From NCBI GenBank assembly GCA_964371195.1, contig CAYJLD010000002.1, positions 159 to 64,158 of the forward strand: DNA of 64,000 bases, in the 5' to 3' direction. Position 1 is the first letter of the stretch. The number at the start of each line of letters is the position of its first letter. The DNA comes from an uncultured Desulfovibrionaceae bacterium (lineage in GTDB: Bacteria; Desulfobacterota; Desulfovibrionia; Desulfovibrionales; Desulfovibrionaceae). Under the pieces are notes generated by a model. It was given only the letters and a program-made list of their open reading frames with translations, was not told where the DNA came from and made no database searches. Position numbers and translations under genes: made by a program. Shown here one piece after another: positions 27,742-37,941 of this stretch.

Positions 27742-28425
27742 TTAAAAGAAAGCTGCTAAAATAGGGCTCAAAAAAATCGCTGGTAACATGTTACCGATAC
27801 GTATTTTTGTACAATCAATTACATTAAGGCCAATGGCTATCATAATTATGCCACCAGTTGCACTTAGCTGCACCATAAGTGGTTCAGTAATAAAGCCAAC
27901 TAAAACATTAGCAAGCAAAACAAAAATACCCTGATAAATAAATACAGAAAAGCCAGAAAATAATACTCCAATGCCTAGGCTAGCAGCCAAGATTATTGCA
28001 GCAAAAAAATCTATTATTGCTTTAGCATAAACAATATCGCGAACCCCTCGCAAACCTTCTTCAATGGAACCCAAAATGCCCATAGCACCGATGCAAAAAA
28101 GCAAAGAGCCATTAACCAAACCCTCTGTAAACCGTGGGTTTGAAGAGCCAACCATGGATTTAACTCTATCACCAATGCGGGTTAGCCAATCTTCAATATG
28201 CAAAAGCTCACCAATAATACTTCCACCCACAATACTAATAATAGTAAGCAAGGCATTTGTACCTTGAAGCGCTGACTGTACACCAAGCACTATAATGCAA
28301 AGACCAAGACCTTGAAAAACAAGCTCTCGCATCTTTTCTGGCATGCGTGCACCAAAAACCATGCCTAAAGCACCACCTAGAGCTACAGCAAGACCATTTA
28401 CTAGAGCACCTAAGGGAAATATCAT
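27742..28425 (-). CDS. DUF554-family (YdfK/YqgA-like) integral membrane protein
   Basis: 227 aa, very hydrophobic, Gly-rich TM helices (MIFPLGALVNGLAVALGGALGMVFG ...). Overlaps the upstream radical SAM gene by 4 nt. Confidence 0.65.
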   Translation of the reverse strand: MIFPLGALVNGLAVALGGALGMVFGARMPEKMRELVFQGLGLCIIVLGVQSALQGTNALLTIISIVGGSIIGELLHIEDWLTRIGDRVKSMVGSSNPRFTEGLVNGSLLFCIGAMGILGSIEEGLRGVRDIVYAKAIIDFFAAIILAASLGIGVLFSGFSVFIYQGIFVLLANVLVGFITEPLMVQLSATGGIIMIAIGLNVIDCTKIRIGNMLPAIFLSPILAAFF

Positions 28426-29780
28426 TGTGAAATTAAATCCTTAAACTTATCAGTAGCTATTAATATATTTTGCCATTGACCAGGCATAGGAGCTACAATT
28501 TCGGCCTTATCACCAAGCCATGGATTAAAATACCCAAACATAAGCCACGGACATTGTTTAGATAATCTTTTTTTGAAGTTTGTAAAGCCCATGGATGGCC
28601 CAAAATTAATTTGGCCAAGCAAATTAATATACATTTCTGGGTCAATATTTAAATTGCGCAGCTGAATAAAACTCACACCGCAACTACCAACCAAATCCAC
28701 CAAGGCTTCCACTTCTTCTTCTGTGTCTGTAATACCTGGAAAATACAAAAGATTTAATGACACAAAAACACCTAATTTACGTGCTGCAATTATGGACTCG
28801 CGTACATTTTCAAGCTTATAGCCCTGAGGACGATAGTAAGCATTATACACATCTTCGCGCACAGAATTTAAACTAACTCTAAGCGAAGTAAGTCCTACTC
28901 TAGAAAGTTCAGCCACAGCATCTGGATACGAAGCATTAGAATTCAAATTCACAGTACCCTTACCACCAGCTTGCCTAAAAGTATGTACAGCTTCAATTAA
29001 CAAAGGAGCTTGTGTTAAAGGTTCACCTTCACAACCTTGACCAAAAGAATATATAGGCTGTTGCTTTTCGTGAGCCTCATGATGACGCATAACTTCAACA
29101 ATTTCAGCAACAGAAGGTGTAAAATCCATGCGACATTGTGGCGTTGTTACAATAGGTGAACCTTCATCTTGCAAAGAAATACAAGCTACACATCGCGCAT
29201 TACACGCCCTTGATGTAGGTAACGGAGCCTCATATCTACCAAGAGCTAAATTCTTCGCTGCTGGACAATCATATTGCAATACACACTTATGCATAATATG
29301 CTGCATAAGGCGATTTTTAGGATATTGATTAATAATTTTATGGGCTTTACGAGCAATCTCCTTCCCAGCAACACGCCTAAACTCTTGCCTTGTATCAGAG
29401 TCAACTTTGCGCGCGCACACATAAAAACGCCCACGCGCATAACCCACAGCACCATAAGCAAATAAAGGCAAAGCAGGCGCATGCTTGTTGCTTACAAAAG
29501 CAGTATGAGCAGTTAGTGTGTATGCCGGTGCTCCAAAAGCAGAAACAGCTAAACTATCCAAAACCTCAGTAGTACCTGTTTTGGGGTCAAGCCCCACAGC
29601 ATTGCGCCCAGGCATCATAAATAGTTCACTTTCTGGAGGTAATACTATAAGTTCGTCGGGGTGAGGCAACATCCATTCACGCCCTCGACGACACACCATA
29701 AGAAGTTGTGGATGTTCAAGAATGTTTCCATTTTCATCAACGGTCAAAAGACGTGGTCTAAGTGAGTTTTTGCTTCGCAT
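28422..29780 (-). CDS. radical SAM protein with an about 190-aa uncharacterised N-terminal domain
   Basis: CX3CX2C cluster motif CNARCVAC, followed by GQGCEGEP and a TIM-barrel-like pattern. 452 aa. Confidence 0.8.
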   Translation of the reverse strand: MRSKNSLRPRLLTVDENGNILEHPQLLMVCRRGREWMLPHPDELIVLPPESELFMMPGRNAVGLDPKTGTTEVLDSLAVSAFGAPAYTLTAHTAFVSNKHAPALPLFAYGAVGYARGRFYVCARKVDSDTRQEFRRVAGKEIARKAHKIINQYPKNRLMQHIMHKCVLQYDCPAAKNLALGRYEAPLPTSRACNARCVACISLQDEGSPIVTTPQCRMDFTPSVAEIVEVMRHHEAHEKQQPIYSFGQGCEGEPLTQAPLLIEAVHTFRQAGGKGTVNLNSNASYPDAVAELSRVGLTSLRVSLNSVREDVYNAYYRPQGYKLENVRESIIAARKLGVFVSLNLLYFPGITDTEEEVEALVDLVGSCGVSFIQLRNLNIDPEMYINLLGQINFGPSMGFTNFKKRLSKQCPWLMFGYFNPWLGDKAEIVAPMPGQWQNILIATDKFKDLISQ

Positions 29781-30086
29781 AATAAATAAAAAAATTAAAA
29801 TTTGATGGATTAAAGCTTAAATATTTCAATTGCACAATACATTATTTCATTAATATGATAACATATTTTTAGTCATCATTAACGTCATTTCAATTTTGTT
29901 TTTTAGGGCAAAATTTGCTAACAAGAAAATTTTCCAAAAAAAATTTTGCAAAACGAAATCACATATACTACCCAAAGCCTTCTATAAAATATACTTGCTT
30001 ATATTAGGCTTGTTTGCTAGAATAACACCCATAAAATGCTTTTAGATTTTCCTTAACCAACAATAGAAAAACACAAAAGGTCACTT

Positions 30087-30383
30087 ATGTCCATGATGAT
30101 TTTTAGCACCCTCTTTTTTTTAGGCCTTTTTATTATGTTTTTCTTTATCTTGCGCAATCAAGATATTTTGTTAAAAACCGTGCGCAATGAGCTGGCCCAG
30201 ACTAGGGCTAAATTGCACCTTGTTGAGATGCGCCTTGCAAGCTTAACCGGTGAAGAAGTTGACTCTAATTTACAAGATTTACAAATGAGTACCAAAAACT
30301 CATCACCCACAGTGCCCGACGATACAAAATTAGAATTGCGTCTTGACTCCCCTATAAACATTAAAGAAGAAAATAAATCTTAA
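30087..30383 (+). CDS. small hypothetical membrane-anchored coiled-coil protein
   Basis: N-terminal TM MIFSTLFFLGLFIMFFFIL followed by a short helical region. No recognisable family. Confidence 0.4.
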   Translation: MSMMIFSTLFFLGLFIMFFFILRNQDILLKTVRNELAQTRAKLHLVEMRLASLTGEEVDSNLQDLQMSTKNSSPTVPDDTKLELRLDSPINIKEENKS

Positions 30384-30400
30384 AACCCAAAGCAAATCCT

Positions 30401-31390
30401 CTATACCCCAAGAGCAGCTTTTAAATAAATTTCTCGTAATTCTTCTTTCTGCATAACATCCGCAAACAACAAGTATATCTGGCGAAGCCATACTTTACGT
30501 ACACTTGGTGCATTTTGCAAACGTGCATTAATAATCTCTTGTCTAGGTATGCTATGGATTAAATTACTTAAAGCCTGAGCACGATGTAGGGCGCGATGTT
30601 TTTTATCAATTTCCATAAGTCCTTGCTGTGCTAAACTTTGACGTACATTAGCATTAGCAAGTAAATACTCTATGCACTTGGCAGCATCTTTAGCATTGCC
30701 TGATTCATAAGTAACAAGGTGCTTTTTATTAATAAAAAGTTTATCTAAACCATGCCCCACTTGTGGCGTAACCAAAACACCGCCACAACCTAAAGCCTCA
30801 AACACCCTAAAATTCAAATCTTCATTTTCACAATGATTAAGCAAAACACGTCCCAAGGGAAACAGCTTTGCATAATTACCTTGTAAAACGTGCAAACTAG
30901 GCATGTACTCCTTAAGTTCTTCTATAAACTTCACACGCTTAGCTAAGTTTTCAGCATTGACATTTCCCACAAAAAGACAATCATGTTCTGGGGATATTTG
31001 GTCATTAGGAGCGTCAGTATCACGAGCAAAAGGAGGGCTCCACAAAATACGTTCAGACGCTAAGTTTTTATGTCTAAAAAAATCAACATGATCATGTAAG
31101 CTAACTAAGCATAGGTCAAAAGCTTGGGCATAATTTGCAAACCAGCTATGTATATGGCTATCAACAGCATAAAAAACAGTAAGACAAGGAAAATTCTCCA
31201 TTCCCAAAACAAATGGTGGCAAACTTTTATCAGCCACAACCAAAACGTCAGGTTCATATCCAGCTATTTCTACAATTCTTTCCCAATTAAACACTTCAAA
31301 TTCATTAAAGTTAAAATAGCGCACCTCAAAGCCGCACAAAGGTAAAGAGGTTTGAAAATAATCATGTCCTATCCAAAAAAGACGTAGCAT
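30401..31390 (-). CDS. CgeB-like / DUF3880-type glycosyltransferase-family protein
   Basis: The pattern PDVLVVADKS ... FYAVDSHIHSW ... FDLCLVS ... RVFEALGCGGVLVTP resembles CgeB-type GT1-like proteins (memory only). Confidence 0.5.
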   Translation of the reverse strand: MLRLFWIGHDYFQTSLPLCGFEVRYFNFNEFEVFNWERIVEIAGYEPDVLVVADKSLPPFVLGMENFPCLTVFYAVDSHIHSWFANYAQAFDLCLVSLHDHVDFFRHKNLASERILWSPPFARDTDAPNDQISPEHDCLFVGNVNAENLAKRVKFIEELKEYMPSLHVLQGNYAKLFPLGRVLLNHCENEDLNFRVFEALGCGGVLVTPQVGHGLDKLFINKKHLVTYESGNAKDAAKCIEYLLANANVRQSLAQQGLMEIDKKHRALHRAQALSNLIHSIPRQEIINARLQNAPSVRKVWLRQIYLLFADVMQKEELREIYLKAALGV

Positions 31391-31554
31391 AAATTATACC
31401 TGTAATTGTGTTGCATGATTAACCTAAACATTATATTATGGTGAAGGCGTATTATTGAAAAAAATAAATGGAACTTGTCTTAATAAAGAAAAATCTTTGA
31501 TTACAATAAAAACAATTTTATCGCACACAACATTTAAATTACAGTACCTTATGT

Positions 31555-34500
31555 ATGAATAAGCGTCAAGCACCTATGACCAAACATACACAAAAAAACA
31601 TATTTTCCTTTTACTCCTTACACATTGGGCGTTGGTGTATGTATATTTTAATAAGCTTAATACTTTTAGTTTTATTGGTTTTTTCTGGATTGTCTCTTTT
31701 TTTGTATAAAAACCCTGAGGCACTGTCTAATTATATTACCACAAAAATAAAAGCACATACCGCTGTTGAAGTAAACTTTTCTTCAGTGGATGTAACCCTA
31801 TTCCCCTTACCAGCCCTTGCTTTCAGCGATGTGACCATAGAATATGAACAGCTAAAGCTTGACATTGCATACGCCACAGCAAGACCTGCCATTTGGCCTT
31901 TATTTAAAGGAAATTTTGCCATAGGCCATGCGTCTTTATTGCGACCTAATATTTCTGGAAATATTGCTAATGCCAATAAAAAACAAGAGTCACCTGAAAG
32001 TTCCCAGATAAGCACCATAGATTATTTACAAAATAATCCCATCTTGCTACCCATACCCACTATGCTTTGGGGGTGCGATTTAGACATTTTAAATGGTAAT
32101 GTAGATTTAATTCAAGACAATACACGCATTATTATTGAAAACATACGCGCAGATATAAATATTAACCGTCATGGACATACCAATGCATCCATTAATCTTG
32201 ACTCAAGTGAATTAATAGAAAACAAATCTGTACTAATACACACAAATGCCTTGGCCTTTGAAGTAGATGGCATACAGCCACAAGGCAATTATGATCAACT
32301 AACTCTTAGCCTTAATACCAAGGTAAATATTCCAGACGCACTAGAACAAGTAAAAATTGACCTAACATGTTCTATGCAATCCACAGGCACAGCCAATGAA
32401 AATTATTTAACAAACATGCTAGACATGCTCAATGCTTCTTTAAGTATTGAGGGTAATATCATATGGCATAAGCAAGCCATACCCTTTGCAATTATGGGTG
32501 ATTTAAGAGGGCATGCAGATGCATCTCTGGAGTTTATCAATACTCATGTAGAATTAGATCGCGATAGTCTAGTCTTAAACGCCACCCTAAATAATGTATT
32601 TTCCAAAAGTCCCTCCTTGGATGGACACATTGACCTTGAGCGTCTTAGCCTTACACAATGGTTTGGGTTTGCAAGAAATCTACCCCCTGGACTTCAAAAG
32701 ACTTTAGATCATATTACTGATGGCGAATTACAATTTAGCATTGATGAAAACAGTCTTAAAGTACCTCATATTAAAGCCAGTGCTGTAGATGCCAATTTTA
32801 CAGGTAAGGGTGGTGTATCTAGCTGGAAAAAAATAATAGTTTTTCTAGACCTCATAGCACCAGATGTCTCTTTATTAAAGGCTTTTCCTGAGACTGAAGG
32901 TGTTGAAGTTACGGCACCATCCTTCCCCTATCCTCCCCTCACTCCCATACCAGGAAGCATAGAAGCCATAACTTCCAGCGGGCCAACTATTGATTATGAT
33001 ATCAATATAGGTGCCAAAAGTGTAACGACCTGGGATCTTACTGTTAATAATGTAGCATTTAAATGCATACCTGCAGATGGGCCAAAGACTAATCCTAAAA
33101 ATCATCCCAATGCTGTGTTACTAGATATTGGCATTGGCAAGTTTTATGGTGGGCGTGGTGAATCTAAGACAATACTTTTTAGAACTGAAGACAATCGTTC
33201 TGGTTATGACATTACGGCCATTTTGCGTAATGTAAATGCAAAAACTCCTCTTGAAATACTTGCTGGGCGAGAAATCATGGGTGGTCAACTTTCCTTAGAT
33301 GCATCAGTTTTGTCTTATGGAAAAAACTTAGGACAATTTTTAATTAGTAAGCAAGGTGAGGTATCATTACGTGTAGATAATGGATATTTTACCAGTAAGG
33401 AAAAAAATCGCACAAACTTTACCAAATTTGATGCCGCTGGAAAATTTGACTCTGCCCCATTAACCAGAAAAATGGTTAAAAATATGCCTGAAATTTTGCG
33501 TTATAATGGGCAGTGGGCTACCAACCTCAAAAGGTCAGATTTACTTATAGAAAGCAACTTAAACGGCATACTTACATTTGCAGGCAGAAACTATACCGAT
33601 CTCATATTTAGTAATGTACCTAGTAAAACTGTACTTATTATACAACCTGAACTAAGCACTCTGAAGCAAGAATTAATATCAGATATTAACGGTGACTTAT
33701 CGCTAAATACGCAAAAAAGCACTACCAGTTTAAGTTCAGCACATATTAACTTTAGGGATTTTGCAAACTTAAGTCTGACAGGTGATATAGCACTTAATTA
33801 CATTAATGACTTAGAATGGCATGCCAATTTAGATGCAAGTACCGAAGAACTCTCAATCCTGCTTGCAAAATTAAGTAACGATGGTAAAAGTCCTCTGGCT
33901 AGCACTGCCCCCCAAAAACTGCGCATGCAAAGCAGTATAACCAGTGATGCAAAAAAAACACAAATTAATAATCTTAAAATTGAACTGGGTGACATGTCTG
34001 CCAGTGGCAGTATTCATAAAACTTTAGGGACAAAACCAAGTTATGACGTTAAATTAAAATTTGGTTTACTTGATTTGGATACATTGTTTTTAAACCCAGA
34101 TGCAAAGAAAGTTAAAACCACAAATCAAACTAAGCCTTGGTCTTTAGCTTGGCTTAGAGATAACGATGCTAGCGGAATAATAGATATCGAAGTATTGCGT
34201 ATATATAAAACCAACGCTACCGCCGTGCATATCCCTATCAGTATGAGTGATGGAACACTAAATATTAAACCATTTGTAAGTTCATTCTATGGAGGTCCTG
34301 CACGTATTAATTTTATGGGTAAGGCTGTAAATGATGCTTTGCACATTCAAGGCGGTGTTGAAGTAGATAAAGCTGATATGCTACCCTTAAGCAATGATCT
34401 AAAACTCGAAACTATTATAGGTGGTAAGGGGTCAATATGGCTTTCGGCTCAAGGTGTTTTAACTAATAGTAATACTATTTTACCGCTACTTGATGGTACA

Positions 34501-34899
34501 TGGCGTATAAAGATTGATAATGGTTTTTTCCAAGCTAAGCAAAAAGAAGGTACAGTTGTAAAACAGCCTACAATGATTGATGAAATGCAAGATGCTGGGC
34601 CCCTATCCAATGGTATATTATATAGTAAAAATCTTGTTATAAAAGGTCCTGGTCTTAATGTAACTGGTAGCGGTAAGGTTGATTTAATTCAATCCAAGCT
34701 TGATATGAACTTAGTAGCTTCCATGTCTGGTATTAATAATATAAAAGTACGCTATTATGGAAATCTAGACGATCCCCAACGCGATATCCATACAGGTTCA
34801 CTTATTGTGGGTGCATTAAGCACTTTTGGTACTGGTATTTTTGATATTATTGGCGGTGTTTTTGATGGTTTATTTAGCTTATTAAAGCCAAAAAAATAA
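31555..34899 (+). CDS. AsmA-family outer-membrane biogenesis protein
   Basis: 1114 aa. N-terminal TM MYILISLILLVLLVFSGLSLFL followed by NPEALSNYITTKIK ... VTLFPLPALAFSDVTIE (AsmA N-terminal pattern). Long beta-rich body and an AsmA_2-like C-terminus GSGKVDLIQSKLDMNL. Confidence 0.65.
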   Translation: MNKRQAPMTKHTQKNIFSFYSLHIGRWCMYILISLILLVLLVFSGLSLFLYKNPEALSNYITTKIKAHTAVEVNFSSVDVTLFPLPALAFSDVTIEYEQLKLDIAYATARPAIWPLFKGNFAIGHASLLRPNISGNIANANKKQESPESSQISTIDYLQNNPILLPIPTMLWGCDLDILNGNVDLIQDNTRIIIENIRADININRHGHTNASINLDSSELIENKSVLIHTNALAFEVDGIQPQGNYDQLTLSLNTKVNIPDALEQVKIDLTCSMQSTGTANENYLTNMLDMLNASLSIEGNIIWHKQAIPFAIMGDLRGHADASLEFINTHVELDRDSLVLNATLNNVFSKSPSLDGHIDLERLSLTQWFGFARNLPPGLQKTLDHITDGELQFSIDENSLKVPHIKASAVDANFTGKGGVSSWKKIIVFLDLIAPDVSLLKAFPETEGVEVTAPSFPYPPLTPIPGSIEAITSSGPTIDYDINIGAKSVTTWDLTVNNVAFKCIPADGPKTNPKNHPNAVLLDIGIGKFYGGRGESKTILFRTEDNRSGYDITAILRNVNAKTPLEILAGREIMGGQLSLDASVLSYGKNLGQFLISKQGEVSLRVDNGYFTSKEKNRTNFTKFDAAGKFDSAPLTRKMVKNMPEILRYNGQWATNLKRSDLLIESNLNGILTFAGRNYTDLIFSNVPSKTVLIIQPELSTLKQELISDINGDLSLNTQKSTTSLSSAHINFRDFANLSLTGDIALNYINDLEWHANLDASTEELSILLAKLSNDGKSPLASTAPQKLRMQSSITSDAKKTQINNLKIELGDMSASGSIHKTLGTKPSYDVKLKFGLLDLDTLFLNPDAKKVKTTNQTKPWSLAWLRDNDASGIIDIEVLRIYKTNATAVHIPISMSDGTLNIKPFVSSFYGGPARINFMGKAVNDALHIQGGVEVDKADMLPLSNDLKLETIIGGKGSIWLSAQGVLTNSNTILPLLDGTWRIKIDNGFFQAKQKEGTVVKQPTMIDEMQDAGPLSNGILYSKNLVIKGPGLNVTGSGKVDLIQSKLDMNLVASMSGINNIKVRYYGNLDDPQRDIHTGSLIVGALSTFGTGIFDIIGGVFDGLFSLLKPKK

Positions 34900-34918
34900 T
34901 AACTTAAAGCGAGCATTT

Positions 34919-36304
34919 ATGGACAGATTTCTCAAAAAAACCTTGCCCAATGCTAAACCCATAGCAACCACAATATTTGACCTCTTAAAATGCGGTCCTG
35001 GTCCATCATCATCACATACCATAGCTCCCATGAAAGCTGCATTTAATTTTTTAGAATTTTGCAATATAGAAAAACCTAGCCAACCTCATGCTTTTAAAGT
35101 TCATTTATTTGGGTCATTAAGCGCTACAGGTCATGGACATGGAACACATATTGCCATTATAGCCGGTCTATTAGGGCACGAACCACAAAAGTGTCCACCT
35201 CATTTACTCAAAGAAATTACCCCTGAAAAAATATATAATCAAGAAGTGGCAGGTCAAGAAATATCTGTTAATATAAATGATGTAATATTTGAAAGTATTG
35301 AGAAAAAATTTGAGCATGCCAATACCATGATTTTTACCCTTGTCGATAAAAGTAATACTATTTTACTGGAAAGGGAATATTATTCATTAGGTGGTGGATT
35401 TATTGCGTTTAAGGGACAAAAACTAGAAAAACGCGGCAAGCCGAAGCATAAATATAATTCAATGACTCAATTACAAGAGATTATAGAAGAAACTGGACTA
35501 AACCTACATGAAGTGCTTATTGAAAATGAAATGAGTATTACTGGTCTAAGTCGTAAACAAATTAATAACCAACTAGATGAACTAATTGAACTTATGCTGC
35601 AAAGTGTTGAACGTGGTTTAAGTCAAGATGGCCTCCTACCTGGTTCATTAAAAGTCAGCCGCCATGCAAAAAATCTTTATGCAAAGGCTCTTAAGTGTTC
35701 ACGTGAACCCGATAAGTCTATTATGCTTATTAACTCCTATGCCTTTGCCGTTGCTGAAGAAAATGCCGATGGTGGAGTTATAGTTACAGCTCCTACTTGT
35801 GGAGCAGCTGGAGTTATTCCGGCTCTATTATATAACCTTAAGCATGATGTAAATGTGGGGCATGTATCATTGCGTGAAGGGCTTTTGGCTGCCGTGGCCA
35901 TTGCATTCTTGGCTAAACACAATGCTGCCATAGCTGGTGCTGAGGTGGGATGCCAAGGAGAAATTGGAGTTGCATCTGCCATGGCCGCAGCCATGCTTGC
36001 CTATATTAATGGACATGATGCTGAAATTGTAGCCAATGCAGCAGAAATTGCCTTAGAACATCACCTTGGGCTAACTTGTGATCCCATTGCGGGCTTAGTG
36101 CAAATTCCCTGTATTGAACGTTGTGCTATAGCTTCAATAAAAGCATATAATGCTTACTTATTATCCATTACACGTTCACCAAAAACGCATAAAGTTTCTC
36201 TTGATTGTAGTATTAATGCTATGAATGAAATTGGACGTGAAATGAGTTGTAAGTTTAGAGAGACAGCCCTTGGAGGTTTGGCAACATCATATATTAACTG
36301 CTAG
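34919..36304 (+). CDS. sdaA: L-serine ammonia-lyase (iron-sulfur dependent, single-chain)
   Basis: FDLLKCGPGPSSSHTIAPMKAA N-terminal hallmark, TAPTCGAAGVIPA, and the CDPIAGLVQIPCIERCA cluster region. 461 aa. Confidence 0.9.
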   Translation: MDRFLKKTLPNAKPIATTIFDLLKCGPGPSSSHTIAPMKAAFNFLEFCNIEKPSQPHAFKVHLFGSLSATGHGHGTHIAIIAGLLGHEPQKCPPHLLKEITPEKIYNQEVAGQEISVNINDVIFESIEKKFEHANTMIFTLVDKSNTILLEREYYSLGGGFIAFKGQKLEKRGKPKHKYNSMTQLQEIIEETGLNLHEVLIENEMSITGLSRKQINNQLDELIELMLQSVERGLSQDGLLPGSLKVSRHAKNLYAKALKCSREPDKSIMLINSYAFAVAEENADGGVIVTAPTCGAAGVIPALLYNLKHDVNVGHVSLREGLLAAVAIAFLAKHNAAIAGAEVGCQGEIGVASAMAAAMLAYINGHDAEIVANAAEIALEHHLGLTCDPIAGLVQIPCIERCAIASIKAYNAYLLSITRSPKTHKVSLDCSINAMNEIGREMSCKFRETALGGLATSYINC

Positions 36305-36319
36305 TTTTGCACTATAAGC

Positions 36320-37804
36320 TTAAAATGGCAAAGCTTCTCCCAAGCATTGCAACAATTCATCAAGTCCAATACCTTGCATGGCAGAAATGGGTATGGCATG
36401 TGGGTAGGCTATGCGCAAAATTTCTTGCTCCTCTTCATCTAACATATCCCACTTATTTAATGCTAAAACTAAGGGTATATCTTGAAGCCCCATATCACAT
36501 AATACATCATTCACTGAAGCTATTTGTTGCTCAAAGTAAGCATGAGAAACATCAGTTACATGTAAAAGCACATCAGCTGCTTCTAATTCCTCCAAAGTAG
36601 CCCGAAATGAATTTTTTAATTCATCTGGTAGGTTACGAATAAATCCCACTGTATCAGCTAAGATTACTTCTTGCTCTTTAGGAAAGCGCAAGCGCCTTGT
36701 AGTAGGGTCAAGAGTTGCAAACAACTTATTTTCTGCAATAACCTCTGACTTGGTCAAAGTGTTCAGCAAAGTAGACTTTCCGGCATTGGTATAACCAACT
36801 AAGGCAATGAGTGGCACACTTTGACGTGAACGCCTAGCCCTAGTAAATGCACGTTGTTTTCGTAATCCATCCAGCTCTTTATTAATTTTAGAAATACGAT
36901 CTCGAATGCGACGACGATCGGTCTCAAGTTTAGTCTCACCAGGACCACGCCCACCAATGCCACCCATAAGCCTATCCATGGCTCTATTCTTACCCACAAG
37001 GCGTGGCTGAGTATACTTTAATTGCGCCATCTCCACTTGTAATTTACCAGCCCTGCTAACGGCATGCTGAGCAAATATATCCAATATAAGTTGAGTTCTA
37101 TCTAAAACCTTGCGCTCTGTAATATCTGCTAAATTATGCAATTGCACCGGAGAGAGCTCCCCATCAAAAATTAAAACCGAGGCATGACCTTGCAAAGCTT
37201 GTACCTCAAGCTCAGACATCTTGCCTCGACCCATAATAAATTTAGGGTTTAACTTACTCACCCGCTGTACCATTTTACCAACTACATTAAGTCCAGCTGT
37301 ACGCGCAAGTTCAGATAATTCTTCTAAATGCTGTTCTTGAACCAGACGTGGAGCAATGCCCACAGAAATTAACATGGCTCTATCACCATCGCCAGTTTCC
37401 CTGGCGTGTTCAAACTCTCGCCCAAGTTCTTCTTCCAAGGCTTCAGCCACATCAGCAAAATTTACTTGGGCATTATGCCAAGGTTTGGCTGCATGTACCA
37501 TATATGGTTTTTGTTCAGGATTTGGCGGTAAAAGATGAGCATATTGCCACTGCACCGGTTCACCATATGGGCTAACACTAAGTACACAAATGGCATCAAG
37601 ACGCAAAAATAGCATATCCATGAGGTCTTCTTGCGAAAGTAAATCCACACCTAGATGAGTATGCAAAAGGCGCAAGCCACGCAAACGACCAGCACCGCTA
37701 CGCCCTCTAGATAGTGCAGGAATAAGTATACTTCCAAAATCACCAACAATAACCAGCTCAACCCTTCCACGCCTATCAAGCAAAAGGCCAAGCTGGCGCC
37801 CCAA
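36320..37804 (-). CDS. hflX: GTPase HflX (minimum extent; the frame stays open 60 codons further upstream, see findings)
   Basis: G1 GYTNAGKSTLLN, G3 ADTVGF, G4 NKWD, and the HflX N-domain RLRGLRLLHTHL ... EDLMDMLFLRLD. The track start at 37804 is a TTG without an SD. Confidence 0.85.
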   Translation of the reverse strand: MGRQLGLLLDRRGRVELVIVGDFGSILIPALSRGRSGAGRLRGLRLLHTHLGVDLLSQEDLMDMLFLRLDAICVLSVSPYGEPVQWQYAHLLPPNPEQKPYMVHAAKPWHNAQVNFADVAEALEEELGREFEHARETGDGDRAMLISVGIAPRLVQEQHLEELSELARTAGLNVVGKMVQRVSKLNPKFIMGRGKMSELEVQALQGHASVLIFDGELSPVQLHNLADITERKVLDRTQLILDIFAQHAVSRAGKLQVEMAQLKYTQPRLVGKNRAMDRLMGGIGGRGPGETKLETDRRRIRDRISKINKELDGLRKQRAFTRARRSRQSVPLIALVGYTNAGKSTLLNTLTKSEVIAENKLFATLDPTTRRLRFPKEQEVILADTVGFIRNLPDELKNSFRATLEELEAADVLLHVTDVSHAYFEQQIASVNDVLCDMGLQDIPLVLALNKWDMLDEEEQEILRIAYPHAIPISAMQGIGLDELLQCLGEALPF

Positions 37805-37941
37805 AACATGTGAGAGTGCCGCAAGCTCCTTGGCTTGTTCAGCACTAAAGGCCTCATGTTGAGGGAAGCGCCGCGCCTTAAGATTGTTTAAAGCCCTGAG
37901 CTGGCTTGGCTTAAGACCTTGTATGTTACCTTCAACCTTGG

